From a virus, in the IMG/VR virus record IMGVR_UViG_3300023104_000005, positions 6,306-70,305 of that record: DNA of 64,000 nt; one strand, written 5' to 3'. This document shows positions 20,130 through 30,680 of the stretch, one piece after another. The position numbers were made by a program, and so were the translations under genes. Under the pieces are notes generated by a model. The model made no database searches. It was not told the origin of the DNA and saw nothing but the letters and a program-made list of their open reading frames with translations. How positions within the stretch are numbered: position 1 is the first letter of the stretch; each line of letters opens with the position of its first letter.

Positions 20130-20804
20130 ATGGAAAGTAAAAAAGTAAAGATTTATGCGCTCATTGATCCTATTACCAAAAGAACGAGGTATATAGGCAA
20201 GACCGAAGTAACCTTGGAAAGGCGATTAATGCAACACATTGGCGAAAAGAAAAGTAATACTCATAGAGTAGCTTGGATTGCCGGACTAGCTAAGAAAGGA
20301 AAGAAACCTATTATTCAATTGATAGACATTATTGACATTTCAGAATGGATAGAAGCAGAGAAATACTGGATTAGGTTTTATAAAGAGTTGCATGGAGATA
20401 TGCTTAACTTAACCGGAGGTGGTGAATGTGGATATGGCAAGAAACCCAGAAAACCACATACTCAAGAATGGAAAGACAAAATGTCTGTAATAATGAAAGG
20501 TAATAAACATTGTCTTGGATATAAACATACTGATGAATATAAGAAAACAAGGAGCGAACTTTTAAAAGTAATGTATGCGGACGGAAGAAGAACACCTATC
20601 AAGAATTACAAGGGTAAGAATGTTCCCGTTGTTCAATTAACACTAAAAGGGGAGTTGATTACAGAACATGAATCTGTAACCGGAGCGGCATTAAATACAG
20701 GATTGAAAAGAACTAACATAACTGAAAATTTAAGAGGCGTTACTAAATCAGCAGGAGGTTATATTTTTAAAAGAAAAACAGAATATGAAGTTATTAAGCG
20801 GTAA
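20130..20804 (+). CDS. Free-standing GIY-YIG homing endonuclease with NUMOD3/NUMOD1-like C-terminus
   Basis: KIYALID...RYIGKT...RRLMQH; HTDEYK; PVVQLTLKGE...KSAGGYIF. Confidence 0.85.
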   Translation: MESKKVKIYALIDPITKRTRYIGKTEVTLERRLMQHIGEKKSNTHRVAWIAGLAKKGKKPIIQLIDIIDISEWIEAEKYWIRFYKELHGDMLNLTGGGECGYGKKPRKPHTQEWKDKMSVIMKGNKHCLGYKHTDEYKKTRSELLKVMYADGRRTPIKNYKGKNVPVVQLTLKGELITEHESVTGAALNTGLKRTNITENLRGVTKSAGGYIFKRKTEYEVIKR

Positions 20805-21384
20805 AATAGGCGTTATCTTTGACGAGTCACATCTTAAGACGTACAACCTAAACGGCATTGAGTTAGTCAGAGCAACAAGTTGGGTAGCAAGAGAAGATGA
20901 TGGAGAGACAGGTACCAAAAAAGAAACCAACGTAAATCACCTAGAGATAAACCCTCAGCTTGCACTATTAGCGATAGAGAATGACAACTTTCCTTATAAA
21001 CTTGGGGATATGTTGTTCTTGCATTACTTAGCGTATGAATGGAGTGACGAGAGAGTGCCAATAGGAGGTCAAGACGCTTACTTGGTAGACGGAGCAATGG
21101 TTTTGTTCACTATTGAGAATGGATCGCCTGTAATGCCTGAAAAGGCTTACATTGGAGAGTTGGTAGTGGAAGAAGCACCAAAGACCTCTAGCGGTATCTT
21201 TTTAACCTCAGCAGAAGATGTTCAATCGGAGTTTAAGATCAAAATAACCCATACCCCAATAAGTTCTATCTGTTCAGTAGGAGAAGTTGTCTGTTCGGTG
21301 GACAAGCATAACTATCCGTTGGTGTTTGAGGGTAAGAAATATATATTCATCAAAGAAGATGACATTTTAGGAGTAATGAACTAG
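20785..21384 (+). CDS. Tandem GroES-like protein
   Basis: KTSSGIFL and GKKYIFIKEDDILGV; two degenerate Cpn10-like halves. Confidence 0.6.
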   Translation: MKLLSGKIGVIFDESHLKTYNLNGIELVRATSWVAREDDGETGTKKETNVNHLEINPQLALLAIENDNFPYKLGDMLFLHYLAYEWSDERVPIGGQDAYLVDGAMVLFTIENGSPVMPEKAYIGELVVEEAPKTSSGIFLTSAEDVQSEFKIKITHTPISSICSVGEVVCSVDKHNYPLVFEGKKYIFIKEDDILGVMN

Positions 21385-21387
21385 GCT

Positions 21388-22230
21388 ATGGCAGAGCAAG
21401 AAGACGACGATCTGTTTTACAAAATTGAGAAAAGGGTATATAAGAAACCTGAACGTGGAGCATTTGTGCCTTGGAACAACAAAGCATCAAAGGAGATGAC
21501 TCGCAATAGTTACCTTGGAAAGTCAGGAGTATACCTGCGGGAGGTCATCATACCTTACAAGAACAGGGCGATCAGGGATTTGAAATACCAACTAAAGAAA
21601 ACTAAGCGTGAACTTGCTACTAAAGGCAGAGAAGAAAGAAAGAAGGGGACTGTCAGAAAGAACGTTGCGGTAAAGTCAGCGGTTAGAATCGCAGTTAAAG
21701 AAGCTATAGACAGAAGAAGACAACTCAAGAGCCGTAGAAGAAACCTAAAAAACAAGATCACCCTAAGGGACATTAGAAATAAAGCCAAACAGGTAACGTA
21801 TGCTAGAATAAAAATTAACAGGATACAGAACTCTCCTTTGATTGACGGCATCAGCAACTTCCCTTTGATCTTGGATTGGTGTGAGAAGAACAAGTTTGAC
21901 TACAAGATATTCTCTATATTCGTTTTAATGAACCATTACAGGTGGTTTAATAAGCATGACGCATTTTATTACGGATATACGGACTCTATGACCAAGAAAC
22001 TAATTAGTAAGCTTAGAAGGGCTGAATTAGTGGATAGAACGGAACTGGCGAAAGACAGCTTTGTGGTTACAGTAAAAGGAAAGGAGTTGTTCAACAAAAT
22101 GAGAGTAGAGATATACGAGAAGACAAAAGAATTGTTTAGGAATTGGGACAATAACTTCCCAAGACGAGAACTAACCGGATTAAAATTTGAAAAAGGAGAA
22201 TTTGCCGGAAAATGGGAGGGACAAGAATGA
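21388..22230 (+). CDS. Basic protein with a C-terminal winged-helix-like domain
   Basis: K/R-rich; ISKLRRAELV...FVVTVKGKEL. Confidence 0.5.
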   Translation: MAEQEDDDLFYKIEKRVYKKPERGAFVPWNNKASKEMTRNSYLGKSGVYLREVIIPYKNRAIRDLKYQLKKTKRELATKGREERKKGTVRKNVAVKSAVRIAVKEAIDRRRQLKSRRRNLKNKITLRDIRNKAKQVTYARIKINRIQNSPLIDGISNFPLILDWCEKNKFDYKIFSIFVLMNHYRWFNKHDAFYYGYTDSMTKKLISKLRRAELVDRTELAKDSFVVTVKGKELFNKMRVEIYEKTKELFRNWDNNFPRRELTGLKFEKGEFAGKWEGQE

Positions 22231-22568
22231 AAGAAGTAAAACAAGAGTTTTCAAACATCAAAAAGCTGTTTGAGGCATGTGATGAAATAGCAGGTGTGAT
22301 TGCAGATGACGTTATTCTACTAAAGGAACATGGTAACGATGACGAGATTGACAACAGACTACAGATGCTCGGATCAAAGAAGAACAAAATCTACGAAAGG
22401 TACTTACAGTTAGTGAGTAATCTAAAGCATTTTAAAGCCATAGAAGACCTTTACAGCCAAGACAAAGGAAAAACATCATCAAAAGATAATAAAGAGCCTG
22501 ACGAAGCTATAAATACGCCTAAGGCCAAAAAGAATATTCAAGACTTTGTAATCAACAAAAATGTCTAG
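22227..22568 (+). CDS. Putative terminase small subunit
   Basis: Position immediately before terL; helical character. Confidence 0.45.
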   Translation: MKEVKQEFSNIKKLFEACDEIAGVIADDVILLKEHGNDDEIDNRLQMLGSKKNKIYERYLQLVSNLKHFKAIEDLYSQDKGKTSSKDNKEPDEAINTPKAKKNIQDFVINKNV

Positions 22569-25500
22569 ACAACGGGACTTATTATACGACGCTATTAGAA
22601 ATTTTGTTACCGAAAGGGTGATTGGTGAGATAACAGTTTACTTACCTAGTCCACCTGCGATTAATAAAATAGCCAATTACAAAGTTGACATTCCAAAACA
22701 GAAATTCCAGTATACAGAACAACCTAAAAGAGGTGAGGAACCAACAGATGAATTTCTAGAAGCTGAGTTTGAAAAGATCACAAACGGATATTGGTTCTTT
22801 AACAATGGCAATCTTGAATACATTACGGGCTACCATTACTTTTTTCTTAACTATTGGAAAGATCGTGGAAAGACTTTGGTTTTCATAGATGCACAGAGAG
22901 ATGCGTTCCTTTGGTGGAATCAAATTGAGATAAATCACAACCTTGCTTTTGGAAACTTAGTCTCGAATCGCCGTTTCGGTAAGGCGCTTGATGTTGATAC
23001 TCCTATTCCGACTCCTAATGGATGGACTACTATGGGAGAATTGAAAGTTGGAGATTTTGTTTTTGATTCAAATGGGAAACCGACTAAAGTGCTAGAGGTG
23101 ACACCATACCAATACAATAGAACTTGTTACGATGTTAGATTCTCTGACGGATCAAATGTGATAGCGGATGAAGATCACTTATGGATAGCTCACAATAAGA
23201 GAAGTAGAAGCAGGATGTTAAGGAATCCTGAGTTGTCCTACACAGAAATAGTTTCTACAAAAACAATCTTAGAAAGTTTAAGGGTTAATAAAAATCAGGA
23301 AACAAATTGGAGCGTCGTTAATTGTAAACCATTACAGTATCAAAAAAGAGAATTAAAAGTACCGCCATATATACTTGGAACTTGGTTGGGAGATGGAACT
23401 AGCGCTTGTACCGCATTAACATCCGTAGACGAACAGGTTTATAATTCGTGGAAAACATACGCAGAGGAAAATGATATGTTGTTTAACGCTTGTCCTCAAA
23501 ATAACAGGTGTACAACATATAGAATATCAGGAAAATTCGGGGCGGGTCAAAATCATACTAACCATTTCTTGCATGGTCTAAGACATTATAATCTGATTCA
23601 AAATAAACATATCCCAATTGATTACATGCTTTCTGATGAACATGATAGAATGGAATTACTCAAGGGATTAATGGATACTGATGGTTGTGTGTATAGCGGA
23701 GGTAATTGTTTTGAATGGTGTTCTAAATGGGAATCTTTAGCTAGGCAAATGAAAGAATTAGCTGAAAGTTTAGGTTACAAAGTAGTATTCGCATCCAAGA
23801 TTAATAAAAAATATGGCACTACATTTTGGTACATTAGATTTGGTAATACATCTGTTGCACCATTTAAGCTTCAACGACACTTAGACAAGATCAAAATAAA
23901 CCAACGATCAGGAGGTATTAGATATGACCACCGTTATATAATTGATGTTGTTCCGGTAGAAACAAGACCAGTTAAATGTATAACTGTGGATAGTCCTGAT
24001 AGCAGTTATTTATGTGCTAATCATATTGTAACTCACAATACAGTTTGGGGGACTTGTATAACCTATATCCGCAGTGCAACACGTAAATTTCAGTACGCAG
24101 GTATACAGTCAAAAACTAATACAGATGGTAAAGGTGTTTTCAATAAATTGATTGGTTCATGGTCTAAATTACCAGAATGGTTAAAGCCTTTGGATACAGG
24201 TGAAACACGTCCTGCTAGTGTTCTTGAGTTTTTCGAGGCACGTAAGAGGTCAAGCAAGCTAAAGAAAGTATATGGTGAATCTCTAGACTCCAAGATAGAT
24301 TTTAAACCTTCATCAGTGTTAGCTTACGATGGTGAGGAACTAGATACTTACTTTGGCGATGAAGAGGGCAAGACCCTTGACGCTAACGTTAAAGAGAGGC
24401 ATGACGTTGTAACTAAGTGCCTTATGAAAGGCCCGACTATTCGTGGTAAAGGTTTAAAGACCACTACGGTTGAGGAAATGGAGAAGAAAGGTGGGAAGAA
24501 TTTCAAAATGATTTGGGATGCCTGTTCCATGAAAAAGGTTAACGAGAAAACAGGCCGGAATCCCGGACTAGGAACCAATCTTTTTATTCCGGCAGACTAT
24601 GGATACTACGGACAGCACCCTGTTACTAATGAATGGTTTGTTGATGAATATGGATATTCTAAACGTGAGTTAGCTAAACAGTACATCTTGGATTCTTGGG
24701 AAGGATTGGAAGGAGACGATTTATCATCTGCTCAACGTAAAGACCCGCTTAACTTAAAGCATGTATGGCAACTTAAAAACTTTGACAGTACTTTCGATAA
24801 TGAGTTGTTAGAGCATCAAAAGGATTATTTAGAGCGCACTAATGATAATGAAGAAGATAATGCTCCTAAGAACCTAATACGTGTTGTAACCTTTTACAAG
24901 GACGAAGACGGTATGGTTAAATGGAAAGATGATCCTAAAGGCTTCTTTAAAATGGTATGGGACTTTCCTAACCCTAAACAAAGCAACAAAATAAAACCAC
25001 ACGAGTCAGGGTTAATGCAACCGGGAAACACAGAGTCTTACGCTATTGGTGTCGATCCATTTGCCGCTACAATCACAACAGGTACTCAAAAATCAATGGG
25101 GGTGGCGTACGTTTACAAGAAAGCAGATATTTCTGACCCTGAGAATAGTGGTTTTTGTGTTGTTAGGTATGCACAGAGGACTAGATACAAGAGACAGTTC
25201 CATGCTAACGTAATGCTATTATGCCAGTATTTTGGTTGTAAAGCCAATTATGAGTCCAATGTTGATGATTACTACGAGGAATTTATCGCTCAGGGATTCA
25301 AACACTTTGTAATGTGGAGACCTAAATGCACTATAGACCCTCAGAGAAAGAAATTCAAGGTTAAGTATGGTACACCGTCAAACGATGCTTTCGCGCTTCA
25401 AAAGCAAACTTTAATAGCCGATGAATATATCAAAACAAGGTATCACAAGATTTACTTTATAGAATTGGTGTTACAGCTAATAGAATTTGACCCTGATGAC

Positions 25501-25629
25501 CGTACTAAATCCGATGATGCAATTGCGTTTATGATGGCAATAATTGGGGGTCAGGAATCTACTGGCAAAACCGATGATGTTAAACCTCTAAAAATGATGG
25601 AACTTCGGAAAAGTAAAAAATATTATTAA
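22561..25629 (+). CDS. terL: Terminase large subunit (crAss-like) with intein
   Basis: YITGYHYFFLNY; Walker A NRRFGK/T split by an intein; GDEEGK; nuclease IGVDP. Confidence 0.93.
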   Translation: MSRQRDLLYDAIRNFVTERVIGEITVYLPSPPAINKIANYKVDIPKQKFQYTEQPKRGEEPTDEFLEAEFEKITNGYWFFNNGNLEYITGYHYFFLNYWKDRGKTLVFIDAQRDAFLWWNQIEINHNLAFGNLVSNRRFGKALDVDTPIPTPNGWTTMGELKVGDFVFDSNGKPTKVLEVTPYQYNRTCYDVRFSDGSNVIADEDHLWIAHNKRSRSRMLRNPELSYTEIVSTKTILESLRVNKNQETNWSVVNCKPLQYQKRELKVPPYILGTWLGDGTSACTALTSVDEQVYNSWKTYAEENDMLFNACPQNNRCTTYRISGKFGAGQNHTNHFLHGLRHYNLIQNKHIPIDYMLSDEHDRMELLKGLMDTDGCVYSGGNCFEWCSKWESLARQMKELAESLGYKVVFASKINKKYGTTFWYIRFGNTSVAPFKLQRHLDKIKINQRSGGIRYDHRYIIDVVPVETRPVKCITVDSPDSSYLCANHIVTHNTVWGTCITYIRSATRKFQYAGIQSKTNTDGKGVFNKLIGSWSKLPEWLKPLDTGETRPASVLEFFEARKRSSKLKKVYGESLDSKIDFKPSSVLAYDGEELDTYFGDEEGKTLDANVKERHDVVTKCLMKGPTIRGKGLKTTTVEEMEKKGGKNFKMIWDACSMKKVNEKTGRNPGLGTNLFIPADYGYYGQHPVTNEWFVDEYGYSKRELAKQYILDSWEGLEGDDLSSAQRKDPLNLKHVWQLKNFDSTFDNELLEHQKDYLERTNDNEEDNAPKNLIRVVTFYKDEDGMVKWKDDPKGFFKMVWDFPNPKQSNKIKPHESGLMQPGNTESYAIGVDPFAATITTGTQKSMGVAYVYKKADISDPENSGFCVVRYAQRTRYKRQFHANVMLLCQYFGCKANYESNVDDYYEEFIAQGFKHFVMWRPKCTIDPQRKKFKVKYGTPSNDAFALQKQTLIADEYIKTRYHKIYFIELVLQLIEFDPDDRTKSDDAIAFMMAIIGGQESTGKTDDVKPLKMMELRKSKKYY
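22984..24039 (+). mobile_element. Class 3 intein with LAGLIDADG endonuclease (352 aa)
   Basis: Starts ALDVDTPIPT; HLW, VKCITV, VTHN/T; LGTWLGDG and LKGLMDTDG. Confidence 0.9.
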
Positions 25630-25657
25630 TTAGCATATCTTTGAACTAAATAATTGC

Positions 25658-28141
25658 ATGACAATGATGGATGACAACACATATCCCAACATACTAAGTA
25701 ACGATTCAGACAAGAACTCAGCTGAATTTGGGCTAAGAATAATGAAATCTGCTTTTGATAAATGGAGAAACGGAATAGGTGGAGAGTCATCATCTCAACG
25801 CAAGAACAGATACGACTATAATAGGGCGTTTGCTTCGGGAACACAACCTATGGAGGAATATAAAGACATTTTGGATTTGGATGGGGATATGTCCGTAATC
25901 AACTTGTCTTATGACCCGCTTCCAATAGCAATACCATTCTTGAGCAGACTTACTGACAGGTATATGCAGAGGATAGAAAAAATCCAATGTAATGCAGTTG
26001 ATCCCCTGAGCCAAACAAAAAGGGAGAAAGCCAAAGCTGATGCCTTATTCAAGTTAAAAGAGAAGCAAAGAATCCAAGCGCTACAAGCCGAAGCAGGAGT
26101 ACAACTACAAGAATTTACAGATGATGATCCTGAGGACGAGAAACAGTTAGAGTTAGAATTTGGGTTCAAATACAAGCAGAGAGAAGAAGTTATTATGGAA
26201 CAAGGCGTTGACCTTGTTTTTTACGATAATGACTGGACAGGCGTTTTAAAGAAGCGAATTTTCAAAGACCTGCTAGAGTGCGGAATTTGCCAGATCAAGC
26301 CTTATATCAACGCTAATGGTAGAATAAAGATAAGATTCACCAAGCCAGAGAACATCATTTCTTCGTACACAGAATGGGATGACTTTAGAGATGCACAGAT
26401 TCAGGGAGAGGTTTACGATATGACCATCGCTGACGTTCGGATGAAGTACCCTAGAAAGATCGGAGAGGTTAAGTTATTTGAATTGGCACAATCTCAAAGT
26501 GGAAAGAGTGGCAATCCTGCATTTGGATGGAGTTGGGATGTAAACTACAACAATGCCGTTGCAAGACCTTATGATTCATTCAGGGTTACGGTGGTAGAAT
26601 TAGACCTTAAGACACTCTATAACCTCAAGTATGAGTCTAACGTTGACCGTTACGGTAAAGAGGTCTTAGATCGCAAGAGAGGCATTAAAACAGAAGGGAA
26701 GAACTACATAGAGTCTGATCCTTACGAGGTAGACTACAAAGGTGTATGGATAGTTGATACAAGCTATGTACTTGAGTGGGGACTAGCAAAGAACATGATC
26801 AAACCGGAAGACAATCTGCAAGAGGTTAAACTTCCTTGGGTAACATACATGTACAACAATGAGAAGATGTCTAACAAGCCTTTCATTGAGACAATGATTC
26901 CTTCCATTAAAAAAATGCAGTTGATTGAACTCCAAGAGCAGAAGATCATTGCCAATGCCGCACCGGACGGTTTTAAGGTTGATATATCCACCATGAGTGA
27001 CATTACCCTTGGTGACGGAATGGAAAGCTTATCTCCTTTTGACTTATACAAAATCTACAAGCAGACAGGAGTTCAGTATTACAAGGGGATACCCGATGAA
27101 AACTCTGAGGGACAAATGAGGCAAGAGCCTATCCAACCCATGAACGTTCCCTTCTCTGGCAAACTTGAGCAGTTGATGAATAAGTGGAATCAGGAGTACG
27201 ACAAACTCATGAGAATCGTAGGATCAAATAACCTAGACTCAGGAAACATCACTAATCAAGCCACAGGAAAACAAGTTTTAAAAGAAGCAAGACAAATCGG
27301 AGAGAGTTCTTCAAACTATATTTATTCAGGGTATATCAACGTAATGGAGCGCACAGCACGACTTGTTCAGCTTCAACTATGGGATATACTAGTTTACGGA
27401 AAGAAGTCTGGTATCGCTTATTATGATGGCTACAGACAAGCATTAGGACAGGATAGGATAGAATACATCAAGATCGAGGGAGATGACAAGTTTGAGAGGA
27501 CTAACTTCGATGTTAAGATTCAAGCGGTTATAGATGACCAAGAGGCTCAGTATCTAGAAAACAACATTCAGGTATGCCTAGCTAACGACACGATAACCCT
27601 ACAGGACGCTATTGAAGTGAGACTGCTTGCTAAAACCAACATCAAATACGCCACGTATATGCTTGCTTTCCGCGATAAAAAACGTCGCAGGGACAGAATG
27701 GAAGAAGCGGCTAAGAACAATGAGGCAAACACTCAAGCGGCTGTTGCGGCGGCAAACGCAAAAACGGACGGAGAGATGAAATTGGAAGACATGAAGTTCA
27801 ACAACTCTATGGCGCTGATGAAAGAAGAAACTGAGGCGCAAAAGGAAAGGGAAATTAGCAAGTTCGCATCAATACTCAAATCAAACGTGGCAAGTGCTAT
27901 CCTAGGAAAAGAAGGAACGACTATCGCTGATGTACCTGCATTTGTCTTTGACGGAATCCAAGAAATTTCCAAGAGCAATAAACAGATCATCATGGAAGAA
28001 TTGAGGGATACCCAGATGGAGATAGATCAGCAGATGCAAGCACAGGCTCAGGAAGAAGAAGCAATGATGCAACAACAAATGCAACAAAACCCTGAAATGG
28101 ATGCTCAAAATGCAATGCAACAGGAGCCAGTTTTGCAATAA
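25658..28141 (+). CDS. Portal protein
   Basis: Size and position after terL; Q/M-rich coiled-coil tail; promoter TATCTTTG at 25636. Confidence 0.88.
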   Translation: MTMMDDNTYPNILSNDSDKNSAEFGLRIMKSAFDKWRNGIGGESSSQRKNRYDYNRAFASGTQPMEEYKDILDLDGDMSVINLSYDPLPIAIPFLSRLTDRYMQRIEKIQCNAVDPLSQTKREKAKADALFKLKEKQRIQALQAEAGVQLQEFTDDDPEDEKQLELEFGFKYKQREEVIMEQGVDLVFYDNDWTGVLKKRIFKDLLECGICQIKPYINANGRIKIRFTKPENIISSYTEWDDFRDAQIQGEVYDMTIADVRMKYPRKIGEVKLFELAQSQSGKSGNPAFGWSWDVNYNNAVARPYDSFRVTVVELDLKTLYNLKYESNVDRYGKEVLDRKRGIKTEGKNYIESDPYEVDYKGVWIVDTSYVLEWGLAKNMIKPEDNLQEVKLPWVTYMYNNEKMSNKPFIETMIPSIKKMQLIELQEQKIIANAAPDGFKVDISTMSDITLGDGMESLSPFDLYKIYKQTGVQYYKGIPDENSEGQMRQEPIQPMNVPFSGKLEQLMNKWNQEYDKLMRIVGSNNLDSGNITNQATGKQVLKEARQIGESSSNYIYSGYINVMERTARLVQLQLWDILVYGKKSGIAYYDGYRQALGQDRIEYIKIEGDDKFERTNFDVKIQAVIDDQEAQYLENNIQVCLANDTITLQDAIEVRLLAKTNIKYATYMLAFRDKKRRRDRMEEAAKNNEANTQAAVAAANAKTDGEMKLEDMKFNNSMALMKEETEAQKEREISKFASILKSNVASAILGKEGTTIADVPAFVFDGIQEISKSNKQIIMEELRDTQMEIDQQMQAQAQEEEAMMQQQMQQNPEMDAQNAMQQEPVLQ

Positions 28142-28177
28142 GAATAACAAATCATACATTTGATTAATAATTTGACA

Positions 28178-29242
28178 ATGGAAACAACAGAAACAACCCA
28201 ACCACAAACACAGGAAACAACAAAATCAGTAGCAGACTTCAATCTTTACGACACTCCCGCAACGAACGTAGGAGAGCCTGTAGAGATTCAAACTCCTGAG
28301 ACTGCCGAAACTACCACTGATACAACAACGACCGCTACAACGCCTGAAAAGCCTGTAGAAACGGTAACTGAACCAGTAGTAACAGAGAAAGTAGTTGAGA
28401 AGATTGTAGAGAAGTATCCTGAGTTTAAAGACGAATACTCTAAACAGCTATTTGAGGCTATTCAGAACGGCAAAGAAGATGAACTGTACGCTTACCTGTC
28501 CAAAAAGAACAAGGACTACGAGGTGATGGCAGACATTGATGTTGTAAAGGAAAACCTTAAACTTCAAAACCCGAAGTGGAGCGATAAAGATGTTGAGATT
28601 GAGGTAAAGTCTAAGTTTGGCAGGATCAGTGAGAAGAAAGACCTAGAGTCAATTGACGAAACCCTATACCCTGAGGAATACCAAAAGGCGTTAGAGTTCA
28701 ACGAAAGAATTGAAGAAAAGGAAATGCTTCTTAGCAGAGAGGCAAGAGATGCAAGGATTGCATTAGAAGAATCGAAGAAAAATATTGAGTTCCCAAAAAT
28801 AGCACAGGAAGCACCTGAGCAAGTAACCATAACCCAAGAGCAGATTGACGAATCCTATCGTGCGGTTATGGCTGAATTAGAAAGTGAGATGCCAAAATTA
28901 ACAGAGTTCAAGTTTAAGGTTGGGGACGAGGATGTTTCCTACAAGATAACTGACGCTGACAGACAGACTCAGACTGACTACATGAAGAAGCTTGTGAATG
29001 GAGAGGCGAATGTTGCACTGGATTTAGGATGGATTGATGCAAACGGTAAAGAGAACTTTTTGAAGATAGCAGAGGATATGCTTAAATTAAAAAATCTTGG
29101 TCAGATCGTTTCATCAGCCGGATCACAGGTCAAAACGTCCACTACTAAGGAGATTGTAGCCGACATTAAAAACATTGACCTTACACCTAGCAGTTCAACG
29201 CCTGATACTTCTTTAAGTGTTGCGGACTTGATATGGAAATAA
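28178..29242 (+). CDS. Putative scaffolding protein
   Basis: Acidic, T/E/P-rich N-terminus; between portal and MCP; promoter TACATTTG at 28155. Confidence 0.7.
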   Translation: METTETTQPQTQETTKSVADFNLYDTPATNVGEPVEIQTPETAETTTDTTTTATTPEKPVETVTEPVVTEKVVEKIVEKYPEFKDEYSKQLFEAIQNGKEDELYAYLSKKNKDYEVMADIDVVKENLKLQNPKWSDKDVEIEVKSKFGRISEKKDLESIDETLYPEEYQKALEFNERIEEKEMLLSREARDARIALEESKKNIEFPKIAQEAPEQVTITQEQIDESYRAVMAELESEMPKLTEFKFKVGDEDVSYKITDADRQTQTDYMKKLVNGEANVALDLGWIDANGKENFLKIAEDMLKLKNLGQIVSSAGSQVKTSTTKEIVADIKNIDLTPSSSTPDTSLSVADLIWK

Positions 29243-29268
29243 TAATCACACTTTAAACACAAAGAAAA

Positions 29269-30621
29269 ATGGCAATTACAGTTCCAAATAGCACCCCTGC
29301 TAATTACTCTGATCCGTCGATCACCAGAGCAGGACTAATCTCAGGATTAAACATCGTTAACGTTCATGCTCTAGACAAGTTCTATGAGACTTATGGATGG
29401 GCACCTTACAGTTCCCTAGCTGAATTGATGGGTAACGAAGAAAAATCACCAAACAAACAATTCTTATGGTATCAGTCAAGAGGACGTGTCATGGGCTTTG
29501 TAACAGCATCTGCGACAGTTTCAGTAGCGGCTAATGCTCCGGCAACCATTACTGTAGGGGCAGGTTCTTACTCACAAGCGGGAACAAAATCACTTCCTGC
29601 ATTAGGATTTATTTTCCGTAACTCACGTACAGGCGTTGATTCACGCGTTTCGGCTGTTCCTAACAAGGCTACACCAAATGCACACACATTTGTTATCACT
29701 CCACTTGTAACAGGCCAGAATGCTTCGGTATTGGCAGGAGACGAGTTGTTGGGTCGTGGATTTGTTTACTTAGGTGAGCAATCTGACAAAACTGATACTA
29801 TCATCCGTAACATTGACAAGTATAGCAACTACTGTACTGAGATTCGTAAAGACGATACAATCGGTGACTTGGCTGATGCTGAGAAAGTAGAGTTCCAGAT
29901 AAACGGAAAATACTCTTACACCTACAAACAACTTCAAGACTCAAACATGCGTTTGATGATGGAGCGTGACTTTCTGATTTTTGAGGGTACTCAAACTTCA
30001 AACATCGGTTATGCTGAAGAAGGATCGAATGGTGTAATCAAACAAGTTCAAGCGAACGGTATCAACATGGACTACGCTACTTGGAGTATCTCACAGCTTG
30101 CAACATTGGACAGAGCATTAAACTCAGTAGGTGCGCCTAAAGAGTACGATATTCTTTCTGACAGTGCCGCTAACCAAGAGATGCAGAACTCTATCTTCAC
30201 TGAGATCAACAACGGTGGTATTATCTACGCTTCTGAGGCAGGTACAAGAAACGGTATTAACTTAAATCGTGATTTCCAGTCGTTGAAAATCTACAACAGG
30301 AAGTATAACTTCTCTAACTACGGTTTATTTGACGAGCAGACTACTTACGGTTCATCTGGTTTAGGTGCGCGTAACAGGTTCTCTCTGTTGATGCCTACAG
30401 GTAAAACTTCTTCGGAGCGTGAGGACGGAAGTACAGTAACCCTTCCAAGGTTCTCAGTAATGTATCAGACACCATTTAATTCAAACAAATGGCATATGAA
30501 AGAGAATGGTTTGTTCTCTGACGGAGGTGGTACAAGAGCAGAAAAAATCTACACTACTATCGGATATTTCGGTGCTAGAGTAATTGGAGCGCAACAATAC
30601 GCAATTCTGAAAGGTAACTAA
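29269..30621 (+). CDS. Major capsid protein
   Basis: 450 aa; synteny; codon bias suggesting high expression; followed by a hairpin at about 30630-30660. Confidence 0.85.
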   Translation: MAITVPNSTPANYSDPSITRAGLISGLNIVNVHALDKFYETYGWAPYSSLAELMGNEEKSPNKQFLWYQSRGRVMGFVTASATVSVAANAPATITVGAGSYSQAGTKSLPALGFIFRNSRTGVDSRVSAVPNKATPNAHTFVITPLVTGQNASVLAGDELLGRGFVYLGEQSDKTDTIIRNIDKYSNYCTEIRKDDTIGDLADAEKVEFQINGKYSYTYKQLQDSNMRLMMERDFLIFEGTQTSNIGYAEEGSNGVIKQVQANGINMDYATWSISQLATLDRALNSVGAPKEYDILSDSAANQEMQNSIFTEINNGGIIYASEAGTRNGINLNRDFQSLKIYNRKYNFSNYGLFDEQTTYGSSGLGARNRFSLLMPTGKTSSEREDGSTVTLPRFSVMYQTPFNSNKWHMKENGLFSDGGGTRAEKIYTTIGYFGARVIGAQQYAILKGN

Positions 30622-30680
30622 TCAATTTATATCCCCCTTGTAGAAATATGAGGGGGATTTACTTTAAAACAATATAGAAC

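Noticed and set aside
20013-20804. Group I intron around the GIY-YIG gene
   Set aside because: No interrupted host gene and no recognisable intron core; appears free-standing.
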